From Utricularia gibba (taxonomy: Eukaryota; Plantae; Magnoliophyta): a stretch of 64,000 nt of DNA. Location: NCBI GenBank assembly GCA_002189035.1, contig NEEC01000002.1, forward strand, positions 2,542,001-2,606,000. The letters run 5' to 3'. The notes beneath the pieces are model-generated. The model had not been told where the DNA came from. It ran no database searches and saw nothing but the letters and a program-made list of their open reading frames with translations. The position numbers were made by a program, and so were the translations under genes. Position 1 is the first letter of the stretch. Every line of letters begins with the position of its first letter. This document shows positions 43,293 to 57,274 of this stretch, one piece after another.

Positions 43293-46200
43293 TCAGTTGC
43301 CTTTGCCGTGCTGAATTTGCTGCAGCAGTGATGCAGCTAGCTGTAGAGTTGCCTGCAGCCGCTTCTGCGGATCAGCATCGGTATCATCCTGACCACTGTT
43401 TGGGAGGAACTGCTGGTTCATCTGAGAACCAGAATGAAACTCTCTCTGAGAAGACATTGCATTAAGAGCCTGCTGCAGTTGCTGTCCCTGACCCAAGTGC
43501 GACTGGTTGTTGCTTGGAACAGACTCTGTGGGAATAGTCCGATTGTTCTGAGCGATGCTCAATGAGTTCCCTGATGGTTTGTATTCTCCTGCACCCAGTG
43601 CAGCATTTGAGTGACCCTGTTGTCCAAGAAGAGAAGCCAGCTGAGTCATTTGTTCAGCTGGGAATGAAGGTTTCTCTGCGGAGAGGAGCTTGCTATTCCC
43701 ATGAACAACTGGAACACCTGGTGTATAACTAGCAGCAGTTGCCTCCTGATTTTGTTGAGGGAGTGGGTTGTAATAATGAGCTGCAGAATTGAAAGATGAT
43801 GAAGGTAACTGAACACTTCTAGCAACTGGATCATGGAGATGCCAGTTCTCTCCATGGGAATTAGAATCCTGACTGTAAATCTGGTTTTGCACATTTGAGG
43901 CCTGCAAAGTGTCTATGGACTGAGAGGATCCTGCAAACTTATCATTCAGGGAGTTCACAGGCGGCTTCTCGTAGGCAGCAAAAGGTGGAGTCCGTAGGTA
44001 AGGTCCTGGCTGTGAGCTTGGGTTCTGGTCTGCTGCATCGAGGTCGAATGATGTGAAACTTTTATCCCGAACTTCATTCTGGTAAAGGGAGGACCCATAG
44101 CTAGTTCCTCCAGGTGCATCTGACCTTAAAACAACACCAGAGATGCTGAGTTTCCCAGGTACTTTCAGAACTTTCTCAGAGAAATCGGATGGAGGTACAA
44201 GAAAAAGCGTTGTGTTTTCATCCAGTTTTGCTACAGCTGCACGCTGCTTCTCACCAAGGTAGTTCATGAATTCATTATAATACGAGATATCGGGGTCGTT
44301 TGCAGGGACAAAAAACACAACGCATGCACTAGAAGCCTGATAGTAATGCTTTGCAAGCATGTCTAGACTAGTCCTTGCTGTGCAGTCAATATACTCAGGT
44401 CTGTGTGTGAGAAAATCATTCCATCAGTCATTTTGCAGCATCATAACACAAAAAGTAACACATTAGAAATGGTCAAATATGAATAATCATGACAACAGAA
44501 TACTTACAAGGGCATGTCCGGCGGTTTTCCAACTGGAAAGCATCGAGCACGGCAAATGGGTGTCCCTCCCTTAGCTATCAGTCCCTCCCACTTCCATACC
44601 TCTTTGGCAGACGGTCCATGTAAGTCAGGAGTTGTTCTTCTCTTATCAGGAAGAGGCAATGGCATCGATCCAGGTGAGAAATCATCAAAAGAAGCAGCAT
44701 TCCTGTGACTGCCTCTCTCCCTGAAGGGCTGGGAGTTGTTGAGTAATCGTTCAGGGACTGGTGTATATCCAGAATGCCTGGTATCATAGTTCTTATCAAG
44801 TACAGATGGTGGAGGAATATCTCGAGGATGAAAACTATGTTTTTCTTTATCAAAGTCAGCAAACGGGTACTCAGGCAGTTCAGTCTCAGGAAGCAGATTG
44901 TTGGTTTTGAGTTTCTTGGTTTCACGCAAGATTGACGCATCCTCTGGCAAATCCCAAGGTTCACCATAAATCGGTTCCCGTCGATAGAAATCAGGAGAAT
45001 ACTCACGAATACGGCCAGGTACGTTTCTGGGGCTAACTGGAGGATCATAAGCATTTCTTTGTAATCCCAGCTCAGATCCCTGTCCTGGAAACCTCCTGAA
45101 CTCATGCTCAGCATTTCCATGACGCCATAAACCACGAGAATCATAATCCGGGATATGAGGGGGAGATCGAGTGTCATGTTCTCTAGGAAAGCGATCATAA
45201 TCTCTCTCAGAATGGAAGTTCTCATACATATTCGAGTGTCCATAAGGCAACACCATGTGAGGCGATGGTGGAGCATTTCTTGAGTCTCTGTCCCTGTCTC
45301 TACCAGATGGTCCATAATCATTTCTTGCAAAGCAAATACGTACTCGAGGATTGGCAAACAGTTTCCCTTGCAGTGTTTCTTTAGCCCTGAAGGCTGACAT
45401 GGCAGTTGTAAAACGAACGAAGGCATAAGTGCGACCGGGAAGGTAGTTATTTTCTCAATCTCTCCAAAGGGAGAAAAAGCCTTCCTTAGAACAAACTCAT
45501 CCACTTTCAACTGAGCAGGGAATCCAATCCACAAAACCTCACTAGGTTCTTCAGTATCTTTGTCAATCATCCTAGATTTGTGCGCATATGATCGCTCGGG
45601 ACTGGAGTGACGTGCTCTTGAGTCATATTCTAGAGGAGATTCTCTTGATATTGGGTATGGTTCATCACGCAATGGCATTACTGATTTCTCCTGCAAAAAA
45701 CAAATTGCATGAAGGCTAAATGGACTATTTCAGAACAGAAACCTGCAAGCTGAGAAAAGTATTTATTCAAGGAAGACAGAGCAAAAATTAACGTCCCCAC
45801 AGAACAAATTCAATCAACCGGAAACTGATGAACATCCTTTCAAAGAAATGAATTGAACGCCTTCATTCATGGCATCTGGTGAATTAGAGTTCAAGAACAA
45901 ACATTGCACAAATCAACTTCATCAGCATCAGAGCATTACTACAGAACCAGTTTAGCCTAAGAGGTCAAACGTCTGTAATGATTGAAAATGGCTATATGAA
46001 ACCATTGAAAACACAAAAACTCGAGGGACACAGCAATTAGGAAATGGGGTCGTAGTAGCAGTAAAATAAAGGAAGTGCACAGCTCAAGGATTCGATTATA
46101 GAATCTTCTATTGCGCACAATGCCATGCGCTATGGAGTTGAAGTCTGCATTATGTTCTATGATCTGAAATCGTACGCAAACTGGCATGTATGTGTTGTAC

Positions 46201-48510
46201 TGTATAACCAATTGTATTTCTCCTTTTGGCTGCAACAAATGTGAAACCACAGAGACATACTTGTCGTCGCTAAAACAATCTGCACACGGTACAAGCTCAA
46301 GAAAATCCACCAACTCAACCATTCTTTCTTCCCCTGTGCAAACAAATCCATTCAGATTTTTTCTTGATGTCTGAGATACAAGTAAAGCAGTTCGTGCCGA
46401 TGAGAAAATGCACATCTGTTGCCATACTCTGAGATTCAATGCTTCACTTTGTTAATTGTTGCATCAATAAGCCATTTGGTGTCTGTATACTGAAATGAAC
46501 AGCCCATCAATGAAGAAGTGAACTCACATCAAACCTTCAGTATAATCACTCAATCTGTATCTTAAGCAACTGCTTGGTATTTGATCATTCACCACCAGTA
46601 GAATTTTCAAAAACAATGGAGCATACATCTCAAAGGTGCACCAATTACAGCAGCCTGGACAGAAACATCACTCTTTTTCTGGAAAGTATATGTTGCAAAT
46701 TCAAGAGCATGGAACTGAGTGGAATTGCAGCATATGTCTCACATGATGGTGCATCAAAACTGAACAAATTTTCTATCACTGAATTCCTCAGTTGCAAACG
46801 AACAATGAATTTTGGTGCATGGAAATTGTTTCAACAACCCGGGATGAGGTTTGGGCACCCCATCAAAATGAGAAATGATGAGCAGCTCTGAAGTTACATG
46901 ATTGCTGCATTGCAAGAGATAAGTATTCTTCTTAGAGACATGAGTCTGAGGCAAGCAAAGGTCTTATTACTATGAATTGACATTTCCATATCTTGCAATG
47001 GCATGTGCATGCATTGGTTACAGCTGTTGAAATCTCTCACTTCAAGCTAAATCAAGCTCTAATGCAGTCAATCCGTAATCATGCTTCAGCAGGAGCCTCC
47101 CTAGGCTCAAGTCCACCAAAAAGTGCTTCAGACTTCATAACCATGTGAACCCAGGTTTTTTCTGGAGTGACCTTTACAGGAGGATTTGATCATGCTACTC
47201 AAACTTAGAAATGTTCATTTCATTCACCTTAATCCGTGTGTATGAAATGACTTGCCATGGAGCAATAGAGGAAAACTAGATTCATGTAAACTCATCAACT
47301 ATCCTGAGCACATACCAAAATCAAGCAGGACAGAAAACTGAAGAGGAAAATAACAGATTCTGATATCATGCATAAACATATTAACAATCACAAAATGTCA
47401 AATATTGCACATTGATAGGCATAGCAAGGGTGTCCACAAAAAGGATGAAGTGGCTCTTAAAGGGACAGAATACACAGCATTGCCTAGGAAAAGTTTTTTT
47501 AGAATCCTCTTCTCGTACATATTTATATTTATTTTATTTTTAATGCCTTTGTAAGTGATTATTCTGGAAAACAGTGGACATTCCATTGTTCTAGAGACAG
47601 AGCAACACTCTATGCAGTTTCACATACAAGACTACTCAAATTAGAACTTGGGTGAAATGTCGACCATCTTGAACTTGACATGCAACTAATGCCTATGACA
47701 TTGCCTTCTATTGATGAACTAGTGCAACTGTCTTGCTCAAACACCATGGACAAATGGATAATGATCTCCTGGGTTTTCACAATCACCTCGGGATATAAAG
47801 ATCTGGCTTTTCCATACTGTAAGTATGTATAAAAGTAATCATTCATGGCATTCAAATCTTACAACTAGGCATAATGTATGGAGTGATCCTATACTGCTCA
47901 AAGGATAAGTGAAGATCGGGATCAGAATGGAAGAATGTGAACGGTAAGGATGAATAAAAAAGGCTAAGGAATCAGGAAATTTGGCTGGATTGCTTTTCTT
48001 ATGATGAAGTCAGCATGCCCGTTTCAGGATTATCATGGCCTCATAGAAATGTGACTGGTTTGTGGGAAACATCATCTAGAATATTTTCATGATGCATTCA
48101 CAAATACGTTGTATTAGCCAGCAAAACGTTCCACTAAAATGGCAATAAACTGAAATACATGTGCAGGAGATAACTTTAAAACGAAACCATAAAAGAGTTG
48201 CAAGAAGATTGACCACACTAACCGGCTTTGCAAACTCAATCTTAAGTGGATTTCCAGCAAGACTGTAACCTTGTAGCTCCCTGATTGCAGCAAATGCATC
48301 TTCTTCATTTATAAAGTTAATGAAAGCATAGCTCCGACCAGGATGAAAAGCTACGCTCTCAAGGTGCCCGAATTGGGCAAATTCGCGAGCTACATCACTT
48401 TCAGTTAAACTGTGAGAAAGATTCCCCACCCACAGGTGCCTTGAAGGAGGGTTATTTCCCCTGTGAGATTTCTCTTCTGGTCTTGAGAGGTAATCTCTAC
48501 GAGGCCTCAT
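43293..48510 (-). CDS. SPEN/FPA-family RNA-binding protein (2 RRM + SPOC), 3 exons (48510-48223, 45690-44508, 44400-43293), with a 1-nt frameshift at 45435-45439
   Basis: RRM1 PSRHLWVGNL...RSYAFINF, RRM2 PSEVLWIGFP...GKLFANPRVRICFA, SPOC WKWEGLIAKGGTPICRARC...LVPPSDFSEKVLKVPG. Two-RRM layout fits the SPEN2-like paralog better than three-RRM FPA. Confidence 0.9.
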
Positions 48511-49434
48511 TCTGGCATCCCTAGTGCTCTGTTGAAAAACATAAACAACCAATAACCCATACGGGAACGCTTTACACAACCCGAAAATCCCGAATCTGAA
48601 TAAATAATGGAAATAGCAGTTCTCAAAATCAAATCACCCCAACTAATTCAAGTTTAAGAAGAAGCGCGAATCAAGCAAAAAAAAAAAAAAAGAGAACTTT
48701 GATTTAAATAAAAAAGGAAATCGCTTTCTACCCAATAATTAAGCTTCTTGCTAGGGCGCGCGCGCCGCAAAATCAGAATAAAGCATTTACTCGCACGAAT
48801 CAAAGGTAGCAGTGGATGAACTGAGAGCTCGACACTAACCATGAAAAAGAAAACTCGCTCTGAGAAGAGGGATAGCCGACTCTCGCACGGCAGAACTTCA
48901 AATCTTCCAGTTCACAAAACCCGTCAAGATAACGTTTTTCTCTTCTTCTTTATTATTCTAATTTATTTTTCCATTGAAGGGACCGAATTGCAATATAAAT
49001 TTCTGGTGGGGGTGAAAGAGAGAATTCCGAAATGGTCCTATCACCCTCTGGGAGCAAATCAATGCCGATTGGCCGACATTGACAAAAGAATTAAATTTGA
49101 GGTGGGACCCAAATACAATTTCACCTTTTCATATGGGAAAAAGCGAAATAACGCATATTTCAATGGCTCATAAAACATTTCTGAAAAAAAAAAGGAACGA
49201 AAATACTAAGAAAATCAAGACTTTTTCGAAATTCATAAAAAAGACTGCCGCCGGGGGCTGAGTAAAGTAGAGTCAGTGAAGATAAAAGCGGGTGTACTTC
49301 ACGAAAAACAGCCACCGACCGCGGTAGATGTCCATTTACCGGCGTCCTGGGGTTCCACTCCGGCGGCCGTCGTGGCTCTAGACACTCTCCGTTGAAGAGA
49401 TAGAGAGAAGAGTGTAGTGTAGACTCTGGGGGGA

Positions 49435-52090
49435 ATGGGCTGCGCAACTTCGAAGCTTGACAACGAGGACACAGTTTGGCGGTGCAAGGAGCGCCGCCGC
49501 CTCATCAAGGAAGCCGTCTACGCCCGGAATTATCTCTCCGCCGCACATTCCGACTACTGCCGCTCCCTCCGCGTCACCGGCGCGGCTCTCCTCGCGTTCG
49601 CCTCCGGCGAACCTCTCACTGTGTCGCATCACGCCCCGGCAGTCTTCCTCCGCGGCGATTCTCCACCTCACATTCCTTATGTTCCACCTTCACCGTCGAT
49701 TCGCCACCCCCCGCCTCCATCAGTCATGTCATCCCATCGGCCTGCTCCGCCGCCGATCCGGCGAAATAAGCATATGAAGCTCCCCCACATTCTATCCGAC
49801 ACCTCCTCGCCGCCACCCAGCCATAAATTCACCTACAAGGCGAGAGCAAATTCTACTTACTCAAGCACGCCTTCCCAAGGTTCGTCCATCTGGCATTGGG
49901 ACAATTTCTACCCTCCACCTTCTCCCCCTGATTCCGAGTACTTTCAGCATCTCCAAAACAGCAAGAACCCTAAACCCCCAAATCATGATCAAGTCGATTA
50001 CGCCGTTAATGGAAACAATGAAACAGCTCCCAGCCTTAGATCTTACTCCAATACCCATCATTCTGCAGCAAGCCACCACTTTGATGACCGATCATCAAAC
50101 TTCTCCACATACTCGAAAAGAAATGTCCAGAAAGATGGGCAGAATCCGGACAGATGGGAGAGTGAAGAGGAAACTGAGAGAGAGGAGGTGCAGTGCAGTG
50201 AATGGGGAGATCGGTATAGCACCACAAGTAGCTCAAATGACGAGGATTTGAAGTCAAGATCCGATTTTGGGAGGAGATCGGATTATGGGTTGGGGAGAAT
50301 GAGCCGCCGGCGAAGGCGAATACAGATTCTAAGTATTCCAGCAGATTGGAGAAGATTTCTTCTGAGGAAGATGGAAAATCTTCTGTTAGTTGGGGAGATG
50401 GGAATCGTGAGAGTCTGAACCCGGACAGGAGAATTGTGGTACGCCACAAAGATCTGGCAGAGATCGCGGCAGCGATCAAGGAATATTTTGATAAGGCTGC
50501 TTCTGCAGGGGAACAGGTTTCCGAGATACTTGAAACGGGCAGGGCTCAGTTTGATCGGAGCTTTAAGCAGTTGAAAAGTACGTTTTTTTATAAGAATAAC
50601 ATGATGCTTCTGCATGTGGATTACTTGTTAAACGATTCTGTGTGTGTTTTCACAGAGACTGTGTATCATTCTAGTGGAATGTTGAGCAAATTGACCTCTA
50701 GCTGGACATCAAAGCCTCCTTTGGCTGTCAGATATCAGTTTGACTTCGTTGCACTTGAGCAACAGGGTGGCACGAGAAGCCTTTGTTCAACTATGGAACG
50801 ACTGTTGGCGTGGGAGAAGAAATTGTATGAGGAGGTTAAGGTATTGCTCTTTGCCAACCTTGTTGAGTTTGATCACCTATGGGAAAATGCTGTGAATTTG
50901 GTGCTCTGCTTGGTTTGTTTTTTGCAGCCAGTTAATTGCCAGTACTTGATTTTGTCTGGTACATGTAGGCTAGAGAAGGTGTGAAAATTGAGCAAGAGAA
51001 GAAACTGTCTTCACTTCAAAGCCAAGAGTATCGTGGCGAATGCGACACAAAGTTGGACAAGACGAAAGCAACGATCAAGAGGCTTCAATCCCTAATTGCA
51101 GTGACATCTCAGGCAGTGTCAACTACATCAGCTGCCATTCTTGGTCTCAGAGACTCAGATCTCATCCCACAGCTCGTTGAACTTTGTCATGGGTAATAAC
51201 TTCTTTGTCCTGGTTGCATTTGGATATCAGTTGCTTCTTGGTTTCGATTTGAGTGAGCAGTTCACTCGTATTGCTTGCTGTCTTAGTAGTTGCTTGTTGA
51301 AAACAGGTTCATGTACATGTGGAGAGCAATGAATCAGTTCCATGAAGCGCAGAACGACATAGTACAGCAGGTTCGTGGCCTTGTCACACAGATGAACAGG
51401 GGTGATTGCACATCCGATCTTCATAAGCAGGCAACTTGCTATCTTGAATCAGCAGTTTCTGAGTGGCACTCAAGTTTCTTCCGGCTTATTAAGTTCCAAC
51501 GTGACTTCATCCGTGCTCTCAATGGCTGGTTCAAACTCACCCTCCTTCCTGTTAACAATGAACCAGACCACCCCAGAAGGGAACTAGGCAAAGTTGCCGG
51601 TTTCATGGATGAGTGGAATCTAGCTATTGACCGTGTCCCTGATACGGTTGCATCTGAAGCCATCAAAAGCTTCATCAATGTCGTTCATTCAATATCCTTG
51701 AAGCAAACAGAGGAGCTCAAGATCAAAAAAAGAACTGAAACTGTGTCCAAAGAGCTGGAGAAAAAGGCTTCCTCCCTGAGGAACATTGAGAAAAAGTATT
51801 ATCTCTCCTACTCCACTGTTGGCATACGGCTTCCTGATTCTAGACCGGATAGTGGCCATATTTTAGATTCTAGGGATCCATTATCTGAGAAAAAAGCAGA
51901 GCTTGCTATTTTCCAGGGGCGGGTTGAGGACGAAATGCTTCGGCACTCGAAGGCGGTAGAAGTTACGCGAGCAATGACACTGAACAACCTTCAAACAGGA
52001 TTGCCTGGAGTTTTTCAGGCCATGACCGGTTTCTCCGCCTTGATCACTGAAGCTCTTGAGGGCGTGTGCACATCTTCTTACTCCATTTAG
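49435..52090 (+). CDS. NRG2: DUF630/DUF632 protein (NITRATE REGULATORY GENE2-like), 4 exons (49435-50577, 50656-50840, 50969-51192, 51307-52090), with a 1-nt frameshift near 50292
   Basis: [28 protein letters not shown] (DUF630), [57 protein letters not shown]. Confidence 0.9.
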
Positions 52091-52567
52091 TTCATATATC
52101 ACACAGCTACTAGGATCTGCATCTCTATTTCAGTTGAGTTTCTTTTTTTGGATTTCAGACAAAATGGAAAGCAGGAGCTTCTCCCTCCATGGAGATTTTG
52201 TCTTTCAAGTCTCTTTCCACTCTTGTATTCGTGCTTTGACCATGTGAATATGTCAAATGTCTGCAAGCTCATCACCTGATGGGCTGTGTTTACCATATAA
52301 TGGGTGCGGATGAATTGGACAACACAGGAAAAATTATCATTCAAAATAGAGGTTTCTAAGCCAGGAAATTCTTCTATGCACAATTGTTTGGCAAAATCAA
52401 CATCCACTGTTATCAACAATAGAAGGTAATGCTCTACCAAAATAAACATCAAACAATACCGATACTCTTGATGCTCAACCAGAGGAACTTTTTTGAAACC
52501 ACAGTATAAGACTAATTCATTTGCACAGAAACCAGTGAAAATGAGCCAAGTGATACACAAGACTAAC

Positions 52568-54914
52568 CTAAAAGAACTCGAAGTCCAAATATTTACCCCC
52601 AGATTGCATCCCAGTTTCTACCTTTCTTGTATTGCTTCCGCTCACCCCACCATGGTTCACGTACCCTTGCTTCAGCAACAGGTCAGGCTCAAACACCCTC
52701 GGCACCTCTGGTGGAGTACTGCAACGAATCAAAGCCCAGTTTACACCTTCAAAGAAGGGGTGCTGCTTGATTTCTGTGGCTCCTCTCTTCACACCAAGCC
52801 GATTTTGTGGCTCCTTGTGGAGCAAGCCACGGATGAGATCACGACTAGCATAACTTGTTGCAGGGGATTCTGGAAACTTGAGTTGTTGCCCAACAACATT
52901 GAAAAGAGTAGCACGATTATCAGGCCCCTTGAATGGTGTTTTACCATACAGCAATTCATGTAAGAAAATTCCAAATGTCCACCAGTCCACAGCACTTCCA
53001 TGCCCCTCACCCTTGATGATCTCGGGAGCCAAGTATTCATGAGTCCCAACAAAAGACATGGATCTGGCTGCAGTGGGCTCGGCCACTAGCTCAGGCAATG
53101 CACCTGATGGAATCCCTGGCCCTCTTGATTTCAAAGACTTTTTCTTGCCTTTGGGAGGGAATATCTTGGGGAGGAAGCATCCAGGCTGGATGCAAGCCGA
53201 TACTGGTTCAACACATGAAGGCTGCACACAGAATGCGGCTCGCTTGGATGAATCGGAATCATTTGTAGAGCTTTTAAGTAAAGTTGGTGAAACTGCACAT
53301 CTTAGAGAAAGATCAAAATCTGAGAGCATTATATGGCCATCATCACGAACCAGAATGTTTTCTGGTTTCAGGTCTCTGTAAACCACTCCCAACATGTGAA
53401 GGTACTCAAGTGCCAAGAGAACTTCAGCCGCATAAAACCTGCGTTTTTTTATGATAAGCCATCAGTACCAGCTTCATCGCACAGAAAGAAATGCTCCCAT
53501 GCTAAAACCTTAATCCTTCAATGCATGTAAAACGAAGACTAAGATGCCAAATCAATATCAACTTTCAGTCAACGGCACAGTTCAGTCGTGAGTGAAGCCA
53601 TAAAAAAGGTAGAGCAACAAATCAATAAAACTTTTCAAAAAATACTTGGAGATTTTGCAAAGCCCGTTTGAGAAGTTTCAAGCGTGTGTAACAGTTTTAG
53701 TCAGGTGCTATAGGCATACTATAATCTTGAACGAGATAGATCAAGATGCAGGTTCGAGCAAGAGTTCAAACTATGAAGATTAAACATTTTTTCACATGCA
53801 CGAGCATGCTGTACGACCATTGAAGAAAACAGAGTAATCCTTGAAACCATAAGAGGATTTGGAAGTCAAGTAAGAGTTACCGAGCAGCATATTCTGAAAA
53901 ATGTCTCCCAGGCTGCCGTTGTCGCAGTGTATGAAGGTCACCTCCAGGGCAATATTCCATCACCAGGCATGAGAAGCGATCAGTCTCAAAATGAGTATAC
54001 AGAGTAGGCAAAAATGGATGGTCAAGAAGCTGTAAAATCTCTCTTTCTGTCTGCCCCCGAGTCAATTTCTTTCTACTTGCAAGTGAAGCCTTATCCATCA
54101 CCTTCATTGCAAAGAAGCATCTAGTCGAGTTCAGCTCAGAAAGATAAACAGTTCCAATGTCACCACATCCAAGTCTCTTCAGTAATTTGAAATTACTCAT
54201 GCCTAAAATTCCATCACGCGATTGAATAGAAATTATGGCTTTCCATCTAGGATCATTCCCCTTGTGAGGCTTACTTGCATTGCCAGTAACATTACTCCAG
54301 CTGCTTTCATCACTAAGACCACTACTATCACTGAGTTGACTAAGGCTGCTTTTAGTACTTTCAAGAGTTTCCCCTGGAATACTGCCTTTTGCACTCTCAT
54401 AAGTTTGGTCCACACTGAGCATGCTCGCATCACTGGTTGTCCCCTCACTCCGATACGTGGAAGAAGTGACAGTGCTCATGGCAGTAGCAACATTAGCACT
54501 GTCTCTGCTACTTAGTGGACTAACATCATCGCTCAAAGGCAACGAAGCATCCCAGATGCAGTCTTTCTCTTCAGACTCCAGCTTTGAGACTGTAACTATA
54601 CTTTGTGATGAACTAACAGATGGAGCGACAAACAAGTCATTTGAATCACCATCCTTGGCATTGCAAGGCGAACTCACTGATGAGGTGGGCTTGACACTAG
54701 TAACCCTGATTGACAGATCCTCCATGAAAGGCCCTGTAATGGACATACTTTTAACAAGGCATTTCCCATCCCACTGACTCTTGTTGATTGGCACAAAAAC
54801 ATGTTTCATCATGTCTATCTCAACTGGCTCAGCAGGATGGCTAGCTCCTTCAAACGTATGGGCCATCTCCTCAAAAGAGTTGCCTACGACCTTAATCACA
54901 GTGTCATCCAGCAT
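52568..54914 (-). CDS. PAX: AGCVIII Ser/Thr kinase of the D6PK/PAX group, 2 exons (54914-53881, 53438-52568)
   Basis: [50 protein letters not shown]-terminal DFEFF. N-terminal SHPAEP...[14 protein letters not shown] and DCIWDASLP recall PAX (AGC1-3); the exact ortholog is less certain than the family. Confidence 0.88.
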
Positions 54915-57274
54915 GAGTTCTACACAATCCCGAGTGAATCAAGTTGCGAGAAACCCAAAGCGTTAGATGGATTCCTGGCCTCTTCTTCTAATCCTTCAGC
55001 AACAATTGACACTTTCCTGGAAAGTGGTTCCGCCCCAGGTTAGTCCTTCAACCCAAAATCCAAAAACTTCCATTTATACACACGAAGCATTTCAAAGATG
55101 GGTAGTTGGGAACTTCATCTAAGAAAACTATTTTCAGTCCCAGCGTTCTGAACGCATCTAAAAACCGAGGAAATATAGTAAGAATAGCTTAAAATCCACG
55201 CAAATAAAGAGTACCCAATAAAAGAAACAACACGAGACAGGCAAAAGATAAAAAAGAAAGATGGAAAATGAAGAGCAGATACATGGGTATAAAACGAAAG
55301 AGAAAGAAATACAAAATCAAGCAACAGGCAAGACAGCAATACCCAGACAGAAGCATTAGCGTTCTACCTACGACAAGGAACATCGAACAATATCTCTTTA
55401 AGGCGCGGGCGCATCCGAGGCAGACCCCGAATCGGCCCAGCAAAAGAACAACTGAATCAAAAAGAGTCGCGGGCTACAACCTTTTTTCTCCCAGCTCAGA
55501 ATGTCTAAAACATAGATTCGGACTCCTGGAGAGATATGGGGAACAAACGCAGGGAAAAGTGAGATTGATACGGAGAAAAATGGCGCAATCAAAGAGAATC
55601 GAGTTGCTCTTTGTCGAGGATGGCTTCAGTCATGGTCAGTTCGATGCTTGCCCCAGGACAGCTGGGTGTGTTCTGTGTGAGAGAGACGAATGCCCCTTTA
55701 GCATAGAGAAAGAAAAGAAAATACCCAACATACCCCTCTCCCTCCCTCTTTTCTTTTTCGGCGAGGAGGGCAATAAAGTCAATGAATAAAAGGGATCGAT
55801 AGAGAATATCATAAAGTGGCGGGGTCGAATAGTTATATCCAGTAAACCAATGGACCAAGTTGTGAATTCCAATCGGCCGGGTGGGACCGCACTTGCTCCT
55901 TCTTTAGAGAACACGTCCTATCAGCGTGGGTTGTTCGTGTTGTGCAAGGGGCCAAGTGGGCCCCCAACTCCCCTCCATGAAAACAAGATCGTGGCCGTTG
56001 AATGCTGCGTCGTCACAACCGTCGGATTCCATCCGAAGCATCTAAATCAATGTATGGTTGGCTCATGGATGGACAGATGGATACATATTCATTACGTACG
56101 CCTTCGCTGTCATTATTTACTTCACTGCCTATTTTCACTAATAGTAATTACCACATTTAATTTTGAATTATGTCTGTAATTTCTAATACAGCGTTTAATG
56201 ACATGAAACAAATGATATTAAATATGAATGGATGTGTGTTAGAATCTATGATTTTATAATAATAAAAGTTAATTATACGTTTCATTTTCATTTATATATA
56301 ATTTCTCAATTTAAACAAATAAAGGTTATGTGCAATTAAAATATGTAAAAAAACCAAATATCGTTTGTTTACAAAAAATGAAAGAATGAAAGGAAGAGGA
56401 ATTGAGAAGGAGAACAAATTGATAGAATTAACTATGTAAAATATTATAAATAATTAGAATTTTTTATATTATAAATACAAAATCCATTATTTAAAAGTAT
56501 AGCATATATCAAATATATTTTAAATATGTATTTATAAACTATATTTAATCCTAAATCATATAAACAAAATTTTAAACATGCTTCTAAATATACCTTTAAA
56601 GGTTTTAGAACTATTTTGTAAAACATGTATGTTGTCAAACACATTTATCAAATTTATATTATTCATAATATATACTTAAATACTCATTTGGTAGGATTGT
56701 TTTACTTTACACAATACTAAATATAGGTAACATTAATTAACATCAAAATAATTAATTTGAAAAAGTTAAATATGTTTTGTAGAGATCATTATTTTATAAA
56801 ATTATTTTTTTATCACATGGCTGGTATAAAGGTTTATAAAAAATGTATGTATTTATATATTTTTTTGGATTATTAAAAATAAATAATATTATATATTAAC
56901 AACATTTTTTAAAAATAATTTAATATATATAAAATTATTGAAGTGAAATTATTGTCTTTTAAAATTTGTATTCCTAGAGGGTCAATAGTGCTCTCCGCAC
57001 CCAGAACCTCAGAAATTGAAGGCGGAAATTCCATTGTACCCAAAGTGGAAGAGAGCAGTAATGACTTATTGCTCTCCCTATGGCCGACACAGTTCGTGTT
57101 CATTCGCCTTGTTGGAAGATTTCTACTCCTGATCAGTTGAATACATACATCAAATTATTTCGGGAATCTCTGCATATGCCTCTTGGTTGACATGATTAAA
57201 CAGAAGGTGCGCTTCTAAATTCTGAAAATTCATGAACACCACCTTCTTGGGGAAGTGAAGCTACCAGTGACGTA

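Noticed and set aside
45957-46439. 160-aa ORF inside the SPEN-like intron as a nested gene
   Set aside because: Alternative start codon, no recognisable domain, intron-like composition; kept only as part of the cryptic-exon hypothesis.
54915-55070. Possible N-terminal extension of the PAX-like kinase through another lost G near 54930
   Set aside because: The shifted frame is open only about 40 codons, is closed by a TAA and has no ATG; not supportable.
55115-56179. Cluster of 70-170 aa ORFs upstream of the PAX-like kinase
   Set aside because: Purine/pyrimidine-skewed leader and promoter sequence giving low-complexity translations without motifs.
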